Shown: one piece after another, positions 1-7,326 of the stretch
How the letters are laid out: each line of letters begins with the position of its first letter
Numbering within the stretch: the stretch's first letter is position 1
IMG/VR virus record: IMGVR_UViG_3300032164_000005
Direction: 5' to 3' (one strand)
Length of the DNA stretch: 20,000 nt
Source: an uncultured virus (IMG/VR IMGVR_UViG_3300032164_000005)
Lineage: Duplodnaviria > Heunggongvirae > Uroviricota > Caudoviricetes
The notes under the pieces: model-generated
Database searches by the model: none
What the model was told of the DNA's origin: nothing
Seen by the model: only the letters and a program-made list of their open reading frames with translations
Made by a program: the position numbers and the translations under genes

Positions 1-149
1 GGCTGAACCCGACCCACGGCAACAAGGGCCTGTCAGCGCGGATCGCGCTGCTCGAGCGCAAGATCGCCGCGATCACCAAGGCGCACAAGAAGATGATCAA
101 GAGCCTCTCGGCGAAGATGTCGCATCGCCGTCTGAACAGCGGCTACTAG
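1..149 (+). CDS. 3' end of a basic protein: (R/G/W)LNPTHGNKGLSARIALLERKIAAITKAHKKMIKSLSAKMSHRRLNSGY*; 5'-partial
   Basis: Open frame from nt 3 to TAG 147-149 with GC3-rich codons, followed by a terminator hairpin; not in the ORF track because it lacks a start in the window. Confidence 0.75.
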   Translation, partial: LNPTHGNKGLSARIALLERKIAAITKAHKKMIKSLSAKMSHRRLNSGY

Positions 150-170
150 CCGAGGCTCCGCGTCGAAGAT

Positions 171-215
171 AAGGGCACCCGTCGCAAGGCGGGTGCCCCT
201 TCTGGTTTCTCCTTC
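171..215 (+). terminator. Intrinsic terminator-like hairpin
   Basis: gggcacccgtc-GCAA-ggcgggtgccc stem with a GNRA loop, followed by the pyrimidine-rich cttctggtttctcctt. Confidence 0.7.
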
Positions 216-255
216 CACATCGCACGCCGCGCCCCGCGCGCCGGACGCTGAACGG

Positions 256-264
256 TGGTAGATT
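256..264 (+). promoter_or_regulatory. Extended -10 (TGGTAGATT), leaderless start of the 272 gene
   Basis: TGnTAnnnT 7 nt upstream of ATG 272; no SD. Confidence 0.55.
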
Positions 265-271
265 CGTCGGC

Positions 272-526
272 ATGACTGACCCCGTCTCGGCCTTGCTCGC
301 GCTGCTGCCTCCGACGGTCCGCGTCGTCGTGAGTTCGATCCTCTCGCTGATCGTGCTCGCGTCCGTGATCATCGGCGCGCTTCCGACGTCTTCGTCGAAG
401 AACCCGATCGTGAAGGCCTTGCGGTTCATCGGCGGCCTCGTGCATCACGACGAGGACGGCACGATCAAGCTGCCGTTCTCGAACTACGTGATCCGCGTTG
501 GCGTGACCCCGCAGGAGAAGAAGTGA
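272..526 (+). CDS. Holin-like small membrane protein
   Basis: 84 aa, hydrophobic helix VVVSSILSLIVLASVIIGAL, basic C-terminus, heads the lysis cluster. Confidence 0.6.
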   Translation: MTDPVSALLALLPPTVRVVVSSILSLIVLASVIIGALPTSSSKNPIVKALRFIGGLVHHDEDGTIKLPFSNYVIRVGVTPQEKK

Positions 527-966
527 TGCGAAGACTGCTGTTCCTGGTGGTTCTCATGCTTCCCGTCTCCTCGTGTACGGACGCCCAGTGGCGGCAGTTC
601 GTCGAGATCAACACGAAGGTCGCCAACTACGTGAACGACGCGATCCTCGCTCTGAGCCTCGTAAGCGGCCTCGTGGAGAGCGCGGTGCCGCCGGGCGACC
701 GAGGTACGGTGTCGGACGTCTGGGACGCGATCAGGGCCTGCAACGAGGCTCTCCAGGCGGAGGCGGACGTGGTTCAGCACTCGAGCGCGCCGCTCGACAC
801 GCCCGCGCACATCGCCGCAGCGTTTCCGAGCTTCCTGGCCGCATGGAACCACCTGACCAACGCGTTGCACGGTCACAACCTGCTGCCGTCGTCCGGGCAT
901 CCGATGGCGACCCCTCACACGATCCGCACGCCGCGCCTCGTGCGCGACGCAACGGTGCAGCACTGA
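523..966 (+). CDS. Putative lipoprotein (possible spanin/lysis accessory protein)
   Basis: MRRLLFLVVLMLPVSS-C resembles a signal peptide II with lipobox; GTGA overlap with the holin-like gene. Confidence 0.6.
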   Translation: MMRRLLFLVVLMLPVSSCTDAQWRQFVEINTKVANYVNDAILALSLVSGLVESAVPPGDRGTVSDVWDAIRACNEALQAEADVVQHSSAPLDTPAHIAAAFPSFLAAWNHLTNALHGHNLLPSSGHPMATPHTIRTPRLVRDATVQH

Positions 967-1014
967 GATTACGGCGTGCGTTTCTTACGTCGCATCGCAT
1001 AGGCCAAGTATAAC

Positions 1015-1947
1015 ATGAATTCCCAACCAGGATCTGTCCAAGACATCCCGTGTCCGATGCGTAACGGCCTGAGTCTTTGGATCTGGCCGGGCGGACGCGG
1101 TGAAGGATGGAAGAGCGCGCACCAACAGGCCGACAGGGCCCTGGCGCTCGGTGCGACCGGCGTGATCGCGCAGTCCGGTCTGAGCGCCCCCGTGTGGCTT
1201 GCAGGGCGCGACAAGGGCGATGCGGTGCCCAGGTTCGAGGTCTTCCAGCAGGCGGGCCTGCAGGTGACCGCAGGCCTCGGGATGGACGGATCGGAAGCGA
1301 CCGTCGCGACGATCACGCGCGCTGTCGTCGATGCCGTGGATCTGCCGAACGTGCTGGTCATGGCCGACGAAGAGAAGATGTGGTGGGAAACGCCCACGGG
1401 ACGCGCAGCCGCGAAGTCGATCGTGGCCGCCGTGATCAAGGCGAGGCCTCTCGCGCCGACGCGCGGCATGTGTTGCCCGTGGTGGAAGCCGGAAGTTCAC
1501 TCCGGCGCACCGGACCATGAGTTCTTTCCGCTGTTCCACCACTTCTTCTGCCAGGACTACGGCGCGAGGGGCAAGGACGCCCCGCTGGACAACACGCTCT
1601 CCATGCTCGCGCACTCGCGAGAGTCGTACGCGAAGCGCGGCATCTCCCCGGACCACATCCATCTCGCGTTCCAACTCTACGCGCACAGCCTCGCGAACGC
1701 GGGGCGCATCGTTCTGTGCGGCGAGCCTGTCATGGCTGGGTGGGACGTCGAAGAGATGGACGAGCACATGCATCTCGCGCTGCTGGCTCGCGCTCGTCTG
1801 ATCGCGCTCGGCTATCTGCCGTCACGCGGCGGCCTCGTGTCGTTCCAGGCGGGGGCGGGAATCACTGCGGACGGCATCCTTGGTCCGGTCACGCTGCGCG
1901 CTCTCGCCATCTCCATGTCGGGAATACTGGATCCAGGGCTGAAGTAG
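1015..1947 (+). CDS. Putative cell-wall hydrolase: TIM-barrel-like N-terminal domain plus C-terminal PG_binding_1 domain
   Basis: C-terminal LVSFQAGAGITADGILGPVTLRAL matches the peptidoglycan-binding consensus; the N-terminal alternating beta/alpha pattern with MADEE is reminiscent of GH25-type enzymes (inference); start could be 1057. Confidence 0.7.
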   Translation: MNSQPGSVQDIPCPMRNGLSLWIWPGGRGEGWKSAHQQADRALALGATGVIAQSGLSAPVWLAGRDKGDAVPRFEVFQQAGLQVTAGLGMDGSEATVATITRAVVDAVDLPNVLVMADEEKMWWETPTGRAAAKSIVAAVIKARPLAPTRGMCCPWWKPEVHSGAPDHEFFPLFHHFFCQDYGARGKDAPLDNTLSMLAHSRESYAKRGISPDHIHLAFQLYAHSLANAGRIVLCGEPVMAGWDVEEMDEHMHLALLARARLIALGYLPSRGGLVSFQAGAGITADGILGPVTLRALAISMSGILDPGLK

Positions 1948-1952
1948 CCGCC

Positions 1953-2129
1953 GTGGACGATCCTCCGCACCGTCCATCGGTGAAGCTCGAAGCGGTCACG
2001 TTCGAGCAGGAATTCCAGCACTGGCTACGCACGCGAGGGGCCGTGTACCGGTTCGATCTGACCGACGAACAGATCGAGCGGATCACAGAGCACGCCGCCT
2101 CGATCGCGAGGCGTCACGGAATGACATGA
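1953..2129 (+). CDS. Hypothetical protein (58 aa)
   Basis: GTG start, coding-like codon usage (KLEAVTFEQEFQHWLR...), fills the intergenic gap. Confidence 0.5.
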   Translation: MDDPPHRPSVKLEAVTFEQEFQHWLRTRGAVYRFDLTDEQIERITEHAASIARRHGMT

Positions 2130-2131
2130 CA

Positions 2132-2160
2132 TTGCTTGTCGGTCCGCAAGCGGATAGTAT
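2132..2160 (+). promoter_or_regulatory. Sigma70-type promoter TTGCTT-17-TAGTAT, leaderless start at ATG 2168
   Basis: -35 at 2132-2137, -10 at 2155-2160, ATG 7 nt downstream. Confidence 0.6.
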
Positions 2161-2167
2161 GCCGCCC

Positions 2168-2452
2168 ATGACAACGACGAAGAAGCGCGTCACGGCGAAG
2201 ACGAAGAAGACCAAGAAGCGCGTCACGAAGAAGCGCGTTGCGGCGAAGCGTGGCGGCGGTGCTCCGCAGAAGACCCCCGGAGGACTGAAGAAGATCCTGT
2301 ACGTGCGGGCCCCTGCGGATCTCGTTGCTGCGCTCGATCGGCGCGTGGAGGCGGACCGGAAAAGTACCGGGTTCAGCGTGTCCAGAAGCGACGTTGCGCG
2401 CACGCTTCTCACGAGGGCGCTGAGTGCTCCTGACGGCACTTCCGGCAGCTAG
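2168..2452 (+). CDS. Ribbon-helix-helix DNA-binding protein with a Lys/Arg-rich histone-like N-terminal tail
   Basis: KKRVT-type repeats, then ILYVRAPADLVAALDRRV...SRSDVARTLLTRAL (CopG/Arc-like pattern). Confidence 0.7.
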   Translation: MTTTKKRVTAKTKKTKKRVTKKRVAAKRGGGAPQKTPGGLKKILYVRAPADLVAALDRRVEADRKSTGFSVSRSDVARTLLTRALSAPDGTSGS

Positions 2453-2475
2453 CACGGCTGTGCTATCGAGCACGG

Positions 2476-3078
2476 ATGAACACTCTTCGTTGGCTCTGGT
2501 TCGTCGTGGTTCTGCTCGTCGCGAGTCCTGCGGTCGCACAGCAAGCGAATCCGTGGGGAACGACGACCGATCGTGATGCCGCTCTGATGGTGGCAACGCT
2601 CCTGCATCATTACCCGAGCACTCCTGCTCGAGCATGCATCGAGGCACATCAACTCGAGATCATCGAGCATCTGATGGCCGCCGAGAGGCTCAGCGTGCCG
2701 TCGGGTCTGGCGCTGTCCGTGTCGTTTCACGAGACCCACGTCGGCTGCGATCGGAACGAAGGCGGAGGATGGGGCGCTCCGATCGACATACGGCATCGAC
2801 ACACGGCCGGTACGCCGGAGCACGCGATCCGCGCGCTGCGCCGATCGTTCGAGGTTTGTCACGACTGGGAGGGCGCGGTCAGCAGGTTCCGTTCAGGCCT
2901 CTGCCACCTGCCTCGCGGCGACCGGCGACGCGGGTACGTGCGAAGCGTGCTGCATCTCGCTGGTGTGATCTACCGGGCCGTCGATGGCAACAACCCTCGC
3001 GGGTTCGCGTTCCAGTGGGTCTTCAACCACGAGTGGATCGCGTCGTATCGCGTGGGGCTTCGTCCCGGAGGCGAGTGA
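2476..3078 (+). CDS. Secreted lysozyme-like/lytic transglycosylase-like protein
   Basis: Sec signal peptide (…SPAVA-QQ), LALSVSFHET with a candidate catalytic Glu, and AVSRFRSG…YVRSVL resembling the SLT C-terminal motifs. Confidence 0.6.
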   Translation: MNTLRWLWFVVVLLVASPAVAQQANPWGTTTDRDAALMVATLLHHYPSTPARACIEAHQLEIIEHLMAAERLSVPSGLALSVSFHETHVGCDRNEGGGWGAPIDIRHRHTAGTPEHAIRALRRSFEVCHDWEGAVSRFRSGLCHLPRGDRRRGYVRSVLHLAGVIYRAVDGNNPRGFAFQWVFNHEWIASYRVGLRPGGE

Positions 3079-3230
3079 TGTGTCGCAACGGCTGTACGAA
3101 GCCTGTGGTGGAGGATGACCTGTGCGAAGACTGTCTCGTCGGCGAGCTTGTGGAGTTCGCGGTGAAGTACCGTCGCGAGGAGGATCCCGATCCGCCGGTA
3201 CTGGTCCTGTTCGATCACGGAGGTGAGTGA
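3078..3230 (+). CDS. Small Cys-rich (CxxxC…CxxC) hypothetical protein
   Basis: MCRNGCTKPVVEDDLCEDCL…; TGATG coupling upstream and SD GGAGG. Confidence 0.6.
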   Translation: MCRNGCTKPVVEDDLCEDCLVGELVEFAVKYRREEDPDPPVLVLFDHGGE

Positions 3231-3976
3231 TGCTGGTTCTCGCTGGGAAGCAGATCGAAACGCCGTTCGCGTCCAAGTCATGGCTCGACGACCCGGCGTA
3301 CAGGATCGCGAACGACAAGGCTTCGCGGTCGGCGAACACATGGATTCGCGGCATCACGCTGCACACCACGCACGGAAAGTACCCGCAGCCGATCATCCCT
3401 GGTATGGGCATGCCGGGTTCCGCGCTCGCGAACATCCTGTACTGGAACAGGTCGCCTGCGTACGCCTCGGCCCATCTGCTGCTCGACCAGGACGGCACCG
3501 TGTGCCAGTGCGCCGACCTCGTGACCGAGACGACGTGGCATGCGACGTCGGTCAACCCCATCACGGTTGGCGTCGAGATTTGCCAAGCGGCCGACGGGTC
3601 GTTGTACCAGGGTCAGATCGACGTGGCGGTGAGCTTGTGCGACTGGTTGACGGTGCAGCTTGGCATCCAGCGGCAAGTTCCGCAGGCCTACGCCAACAAG
3701 CCCATCCAGCGGCTTGTGGATGGAGCGCGAGACTTCGTCGGCATCTTCGGTCACCGGGACCAGACGAGCGATCGTGGTCGCGGTGATCCTGGCGACTTCG
3801 TCATGGATGCTCTCGTGAAGGCTGGGTACGAGAGATTCGATCTCGATCGGCTGGAAGACAGGACCGCGTGGCGCGAGCGACAGGCTCGTCTCGGGATCGT
3901 CGCCGACGGTCTCCCTGGGAAGGCCACCGTGGCCGCGCTGAAGTCCAACCCGGACGGGCTGTGGGTGAGACGGTGA
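3227..3976 (+). CDS. N-acetylmuramoyl-L-alanine amidase endolysin (Amidase_2) with a C-terminal PG-binding remnant
   Basis: ITLHTT, SAHLLLDQDG, TWHA…NPITVGVE, IFGHRD and DPG motifs; C-terminal LGIVADGLPGKATVAAL; SD GGAGGTG. Confidence 0.92.
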   Translation: MMLVLAGKQIETPFASKSWLDDPAYRIANDKASRSANTWIRGITLHTTHGKYPQPIIPGMGMPGSALANILYWNRSPAYASAHLLLDQDGTVCQCADLVTETTWHATSVNPITVGVEICQAADGSLYQGQIDVAVSLCDWLTVQLGIQRQVPQAYANKPIQRLVDGARDFVGIFGHRDQTSDRGRGDPGDFVMDALVKAGYERFDLDRLEDRTAWRERQARLGIVADGLPGKATVAALKSNPDGLWVRR

Positions 3977-4239
3977 ACCATCCGGTCGACAAGCAGGGCC
4001 GAAGCGTGAGGCAGGTCGCGCTGCTGAAGTGGTTCGTTCGCAAGAACTACGTGAACCTACCCGACGAGGCGATCAACCGTTACGCCGTCGCGATCTACGA
4101 CTCGCTCAGCGAACTACCCGGTACACGAGGTACGCCCCGCCGATCAGCAGAAGCCAGCCCACAACGTCCACCTCGGTCCGGCCTCGACACCGACGCGGCA
4201 ACAACCCTGGACGACCGCCGCAGCGGCCACGCAGGATAG
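3973..4239 (+). CDS. Hypothetical protein
   Basis: GTGA overlap with the amidase stop; MNHPVDKQGRSVRQVALLKWFVRKNY…. Confidence 0.55.
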   Translation: MNHPVDKQGRSVRQVALLKWFVRKNYVNLPDEAINRYAVAIYDSLSELPGTRGTPRRSAEASPQRPPRSGLDTDAATTLDDRRSGHAG

Positions 4240-4275
4240 GGTTTCGTCGTCGTCTGGTCATGTCTCGGATCGTAG

Positions 4276-4281
4276 TAGAAT
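4276..4281 (+). promoter_or_regulatory. -10 box TAGAAT, leaderless start of the zincin gene
   Basis: TAGAAT 6 nt upstream of ATG 4288; no SD. Confidence 0.55.
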
Positions 4282-4287
4282 CCCACC

Positions 4288-4686
4288 ATGATGTCCCCGT
4301 CGATGCTGCTCACCCTGTTCAACGCGGAGCGGAACGAGTTCGCGAAGTACTTCCCGAAGGCCCGTGAGGCGCAACTGGCGATCTCGAATCGGGAGTGTTC
4401 GATCGGCGGTCGGTGCGGCCTTCGCGATCTTGGGTGGGCCTACGACGGGGATCACACGGTGACGCTCCTGCGTCGGTCGCTGACGCTGCCCGACAACCGG
4501 ATCGTCGGTCTCATTCGCCACGAACTCGGACATCTGGCCGACCCGTACATCAACGAACCAGGGGCGGAGCAGCGGGCCGACGACATCGCCGAGATGGTGT
4601 CCGGCCAGCAGATCCGGTACGATGCAGACGACATCCAGACCGTCGGACGCGGGAAGTACCCGCGTCCCCTCTACCTGCATCGGTGA
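4288..4686 (+). CDS. Minimal zinc metallopeptidase (gluzincin-type)
   Basis: IRHELGH (HExxH) plus downstream EQRADDIA (ExxAD third-ligand motif). Confidence 0.75.
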   Translation: MMSPSMLLTLFNAERNEFAKYFPKAREAQLAISNRECSIGGRCGLRDLGWAYDGDHTVTLLRRSLTLPDNRIVGLIRHELGHLADPYINEPGAEQRADDIAEMVSGQQIRYDADDIQTVGRGKYPRPLYLHR

Positions 4687-4690
4687 CCGC

Positions 4691-4936
4691 ATGGCACGTC
4701 GTCGTCGTCGTCGTCTCAATCCGACAACGCCCGAAGGGGCAGTTCTCGGCACGGCTGCCATCGGCGGTCTCCTCGCGAGCCTGTACTACGCGGTCACGGC
4801 CGTCGGGACGTCGATGAATCCGTCGGAGTCGCGTCGCCGTGCCATGCTTTCGGGCGGCATACTCCTCGGCACGATGACCGTGTTCGCTCTGACCGGCGAG
4901 GCTTCCGCGCGGCGACGCGAAGGGCGCGCGACTTGA
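4691..4936 (+). CDS. RxNP-tagged membrane protein (MARRRRRRLNP…, two predicted TM helices)
   Basis: ATG 4 nt after the zincin stop; hydrophobic segments AVLGTAAIGGLLASLYYAVTAVG and AMLSGGILLGTMTVFALTG. Confidence 0.75.
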   Translation: MARRRRRRLNPTTPEGAVLGTAAIGGLLASLYYAVTAVGTSMNPSESRRRAMLSGGILLGTMTVFALTGEASARRREGRAT

Positions 4937-4976
4937 GACTTGTGCGCGAGGCGAATCGCTGACATATGCTAGCGGT

Positions 4977-5318
4977 ATGCACGCTCGTCGTCTGAACCAG
5001 CAGATCATCGAACTGCTGCCTCCTGCCGTGATCGACACCACGGGGGTCGCGTTGATGGCTCGAGATGCTCACGGCTGCGGACGAGCGCGTGACTGGCTCT
5101 TGGACGGGAGCAGGTCAGACTTCAGCCGCGACTCGCTGAACGTCATCGGGAAGGCCTTGGACTACGCGAAGCAGCACGACGGGCTGCGGCGCATGGTCCT
5201 GGTGATCCCGCAGGCGATGGGTAGGATCGTGGCAAAAGGCCTGCTCACTCACGCGCCGGTCGCGGTCGTGGTGGTCGAGACGCGCGCCGAGGCGCTCAAC
5301 ATTCTGGGGGCACGATGA
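4977..5318 (+). CDS. STAS/SEC14 (SpoIIAA-like) domain protein, putative
   Basis: WLLDGS…GLRRMVLV…VVETRAEALNIL pattern; TATGCT -10 box 6 nt upstream. Confidence 0.5.
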   Translation: MHARRLNQQIIELLPPAVIDTTGVALMARDAHGCGRARDWLLDGSRSDFSRDSLNVIGKALDYAKQHDGLRRMVLVIPQAMGRIVAKGLLTHAPVAVVVVETRAEALNILGAR

Positions 5319-5587
5319 CGAAGGATGAACTGATGGCCCTGCTCGCCGAGATGGACGACGAGATCATCCTGGCGGACGGATTCGAGGATGCTTTCGTCGG
5401 GATCGCCGAGAGGTGCTCGAGCCTGCGCGTCGCGGTGTACGACTACGCCAGGGCCGTCGAGGTGTTGATGAAGCGGGATGGGTCCACGCACGAGGACGCG
5501 GTCGAGTACCTGGACTTCAACGTGCTGGGCGCGTACGTGGGCGAGCAGACGCCCTGGTTCATCACGTACCGGCCGCCGCCGAAGTAG
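5315..5587 (+). CDS. Conserved phage hypothetical protein
   Basis: ADGFEDAFVG…AVYDY…EDAVEYLDFNVLGAYVGEQTP is a pattern I recognise from phage proteins; ATGA coupling. Confidence 0.85.
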   Translation: MTKDELMALLAEMDDEIILADGFEDAFVGIAERCSSLRVAVYDYARAVEVLMKRDGSTHEDAVEYLDFNVLGAYVGEQTPWFITYRPPPK

Positions 5588-5860
5588 TCACCGTCGCGGG
5601 CGTCGCGGATCGACCGTCACCCCTTCGAGGATCATCGGCTGATACCTCGTACCGAACTTCAGTGACCGGATAACCTCGGCCGCATCGACCCTGCTGGTCG
5701 TGAAGATGGACGCGACCTTCTTCTTGCCGCTGTGCGCGATCACCGCGTATCCATCGAGGCCCTTGTACGAAGCGGGGTGGACGCGGAATACCATCGCGGG
5801 TCGTTGTTTGCTCATGGTCGTGATCCTAACAGGGAGACGCCCTGGTTCATCACGTACCGG
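5547..5860 (+). repeat. 26-bp perfect direct repeat agacgccctggttcatcacgtaccgg (5547-5572 and 5835-5860)
   Basis: Read directly; the copies bracket the 5588-5815 gene and its promoter. Confidence 0.9.
5588..5815 (-). CDS. Hypothetical basic protein (MSKQRPAMVFRVHPASYKG…, 75 aa)
   Basis: ATG 5815 is 7 nt downstream of the extended -10 TGTTAGGAT. Confidence 0.7.
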   Translation of the reverse strand: MSKQRPAMVFRVHPASYKGLDGYAVIAHSGKKKVASIFTTSRVDAAEVIRSLKFGTRYQPMILEGVTVDPRRPRR

Positions 5861-6018
5861 TCGTAGCCGGATGCGTGGGGGTGGGGTACGAGAAGAAGAT
5901 GATGTAGACGGCCAGCGCGCCAAGCAGGATCGCTCCTGGCGTCACCTTCTTGCCGGTCAGAATCTGAGAAATGGCGTCTGGATTGGTTCGTCGCCTGCTC
6001 ATGGTCGCGATCCTAACA
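5809..6018 (-). promoter_or_regulatory. Duplicated promoter/start unit TGTTAGGATC(A/G)CGACCATGAGCA (5809-5831 and 5996-6018)
   Basis: 22/23 identity; each copy has an extended -10, a 7-nt spacer and an ATG. Confidence 0.8.
5850..6002 (-). CDS. RxNP-tagged single-TM micro-protein MSRRRTNPDAISQILTGKKVTPGAILLGALAVYIIFFSYPTPTHPATTGT (50 aa)
   Basis: Translated by hand (below the ORF-track cutoff); has its own extended -10 promoter, an Arg-NP N-terminus and one TM helix. Confidence 0.75.
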   Translation of the reverse strand: MSRRRTNPDAISQILTGKKVTPGAILLGALAVYIIFFSYPTPTHPATTGT

Positions 6019-6207
6019 CGGCATCCAGACGGCCTCGACGCCGTCGGTCGTGAAGCCAGATGCCACCAGGACGCCCCGGAACGCCTCCGGGAAGGCCCGG
6101 ACGACCACGCGGCGCAGGCGTCGCCCCCGGTAGGCGAAGGCGACCCGTGCGCCCGCCTGCATGGCCTGCTGGAGGATCGTGAGGATGTGTTCAGGGCAGT
6201 GCAGCAT
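6013..6207 (-). CDS. Hypothetical protein
   Basis: MLHCPEHILTILQQAMQAGARVAFAYRG…; continues the minus-strand cluster; start uncertain. Confidence 0.45.
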   Translation of the reverse strand: MLHCPEHILTILQQAMQAGARVAFAYRGRRLRRVVVRAFPEAFRGVLVASGFTTDGVEAVWMPC

Positions 6208-6586
6208 CGTCCACCTCCACATCGTCCATCTGGGGGCGCGTCCCCTGGGCCCCGCCGGGCATGTCGTCCAGGGCCGCCGCCCTTCTCTCGTAGAGCGCGT
6301 CGTACTCCTCCTGGGTCACCTTCCTCGCGTCCGGGCTAGCAGGCGCGACGGCAGCTTCCTCGATCTGACGGATCGCGGCATCCAGGTACGGGCGCACCCA
6401 GGAGTCCAGGAAGAGGCGCAGCGGTGACATCCGGTCGGTCGAGTGCAGCAGTTCGCGTAGCTCGTCGGACAGGCGCGTCGGGTCATTCAGGTGCTCCTGC
6501 GCCTTCTTGAGCAGGCCCATGATCTGGTAGTTGATCTTGAGCTTGGGGCGCGCGTGACCGCGCCCGTTGCGAGGAGTGCGTCTCAT
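6191..6586 (-). CDS. Hypothetical helical protein
   Basis: ATGA-coupled to the upstream gene; coding-like codon usage. Confidence 0.7.
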   Translation of the reverse strand: MRRTPRNGRGHARPKLKINYQIMGLLKKAQEHLNDPTRLSDELRELLHSTDRMSPLRLFLDSWVRPYLDAAIRQIEEAAVAPASPDARKVTQEEYDALYERRAAALDDMPGGAQGTRPQMDDVEVDDAALP

Positions 6587-6777
6587 GTCCCTGCTCCGTG
6601 TGTGGTCGTGACGTGGTCGTGGATGTCGCCTGACGACGTCGTGGTGTAACCACAGTCGCACCGATACGACACCGCCGTGTGTCCGCCCGTGTTCTCGGGG
6701 TGCCAGAAGTCCGCTGTGCGGTCCTCGAACTCGACCACGGCGCGGGCTTCCTTGTTTCTGAACTCACGACGGTTCAT
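6583..6777 (-). CDS. Small C2H2-type zinc-finger protein
   Basis: YRCDCGYTTTSSGDIHDHVTTTH; ATGA coupling. Confidence 0.7.
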   Translation of the reverse strand: MNRREFRNKEARAVVEFEDRTADFWHPENTGGHTAVSYRCDCGYTTTSSGDIHDHVTTTHGAGT

Positions 6778-6995
6778 GTCGTCGCCACCTTTCCTGCTGC
6801 GAGGAACGCCTTGAAGTCCGTGCGGAACTTCTTCCACACGAACTGCTGGCACCGGCACCCCTTCGCGATGCAGGGCCCTTTGCCTTCGCCCATGTGCAGA
6901 TCCCGGTGCATGGACACCGGGCCGTCGCCCCTGTGCCCGCACTGGCACAGGCTCTTCGGGCCATCGAACTTCATCGCCTCGAGTACGGTCATCAT
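6774..6995 (-). CDS. Small Cys/His-rich protein
   Basis: CQCGH…H…C…CRCQQF; strong SD AAGGAGG. Confidence 0.75.
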   Translation of the reverse strand: MMTVLEAMKFDGPKSLCQCGHRGDGPVSMHRDLHMGEGKGPCIAKGCRCQQFVWKKFRTDFKAFLAAGKVATT

Positions 6996-7025
6996 CGCGA
7001 ACCTCCTTCGTGGTACAACTGGGTC

Positions 7026-7142
7026 ATGCGCAGGAAGCGAAGACGGAACCCGGACACCGGACCCGCAGGATGGCTTCTCGCCGCGACCGTGCTGATCGTG
7101 ATCGTGGGCTTCGCCGTCGCTCCTAGCGCCCCGCCTCGCTGA
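7026..7142 (+). CDS. RxNP-tagged single-TM micro-protein MRRKRRRNPDTGPAGWLLAATVLIVIVGFAVAPSAPPR (38 aa)
   Basis: ATG 6 nt after TGGTACAAC; lone plus-strand gene inside a minus-strand cluster; Arg-NP N-terminus plus TM helix. Confidence 0.7.
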   Translation: MRRKRRRNPDTGPAGWLLAATVLIVIVGFAVAPSAPPR

Positions 7143-7326
7143 TCTCGATGTGCTCCATCAGCATCGCCTGCTCCAGGCCCATCACGGTCCGCTGCCCACA
7201 CGCCGGGCAGGGATACCCCTCGGCATCGGGCTCGGTCTCGCTCCGTGTGATCTCGTTGCACGCGGTGCAGTACCCCGCGTACTCCTCGGTGCCCGCGTAG
7301 TACGCATCGCTGGTCATCACGATCAC
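7123..7326 (-). CDS. Zinc-ribbon protein
   Basis: CTAC…EPDA…CPACG; GTGA overlap with the ArdC-like stop; SD GAGGAGG. Confidence 0.75.
   Translation of the reverse strand: MIVMTSDAYYAGTEEYAGYCTACNEITRSETEPDAEGYPCPACGQRTVMGLEQAMLMEHIEISEAGR

Noticed and set aside
4697..4714. (CGT)6 microsatellite as a phase-variation tract
   Set aside because: It is an in-frame triplet repeat encoding the Arg run; slippage would not shift the frame
5547..5860. attL/attR of an integrated element or IS target-site duplication
   Set aside because: The enclosed segment is only ~260 bp, with no integrase, transposase or terminal inverted repeats; retained only as a cassette footprint
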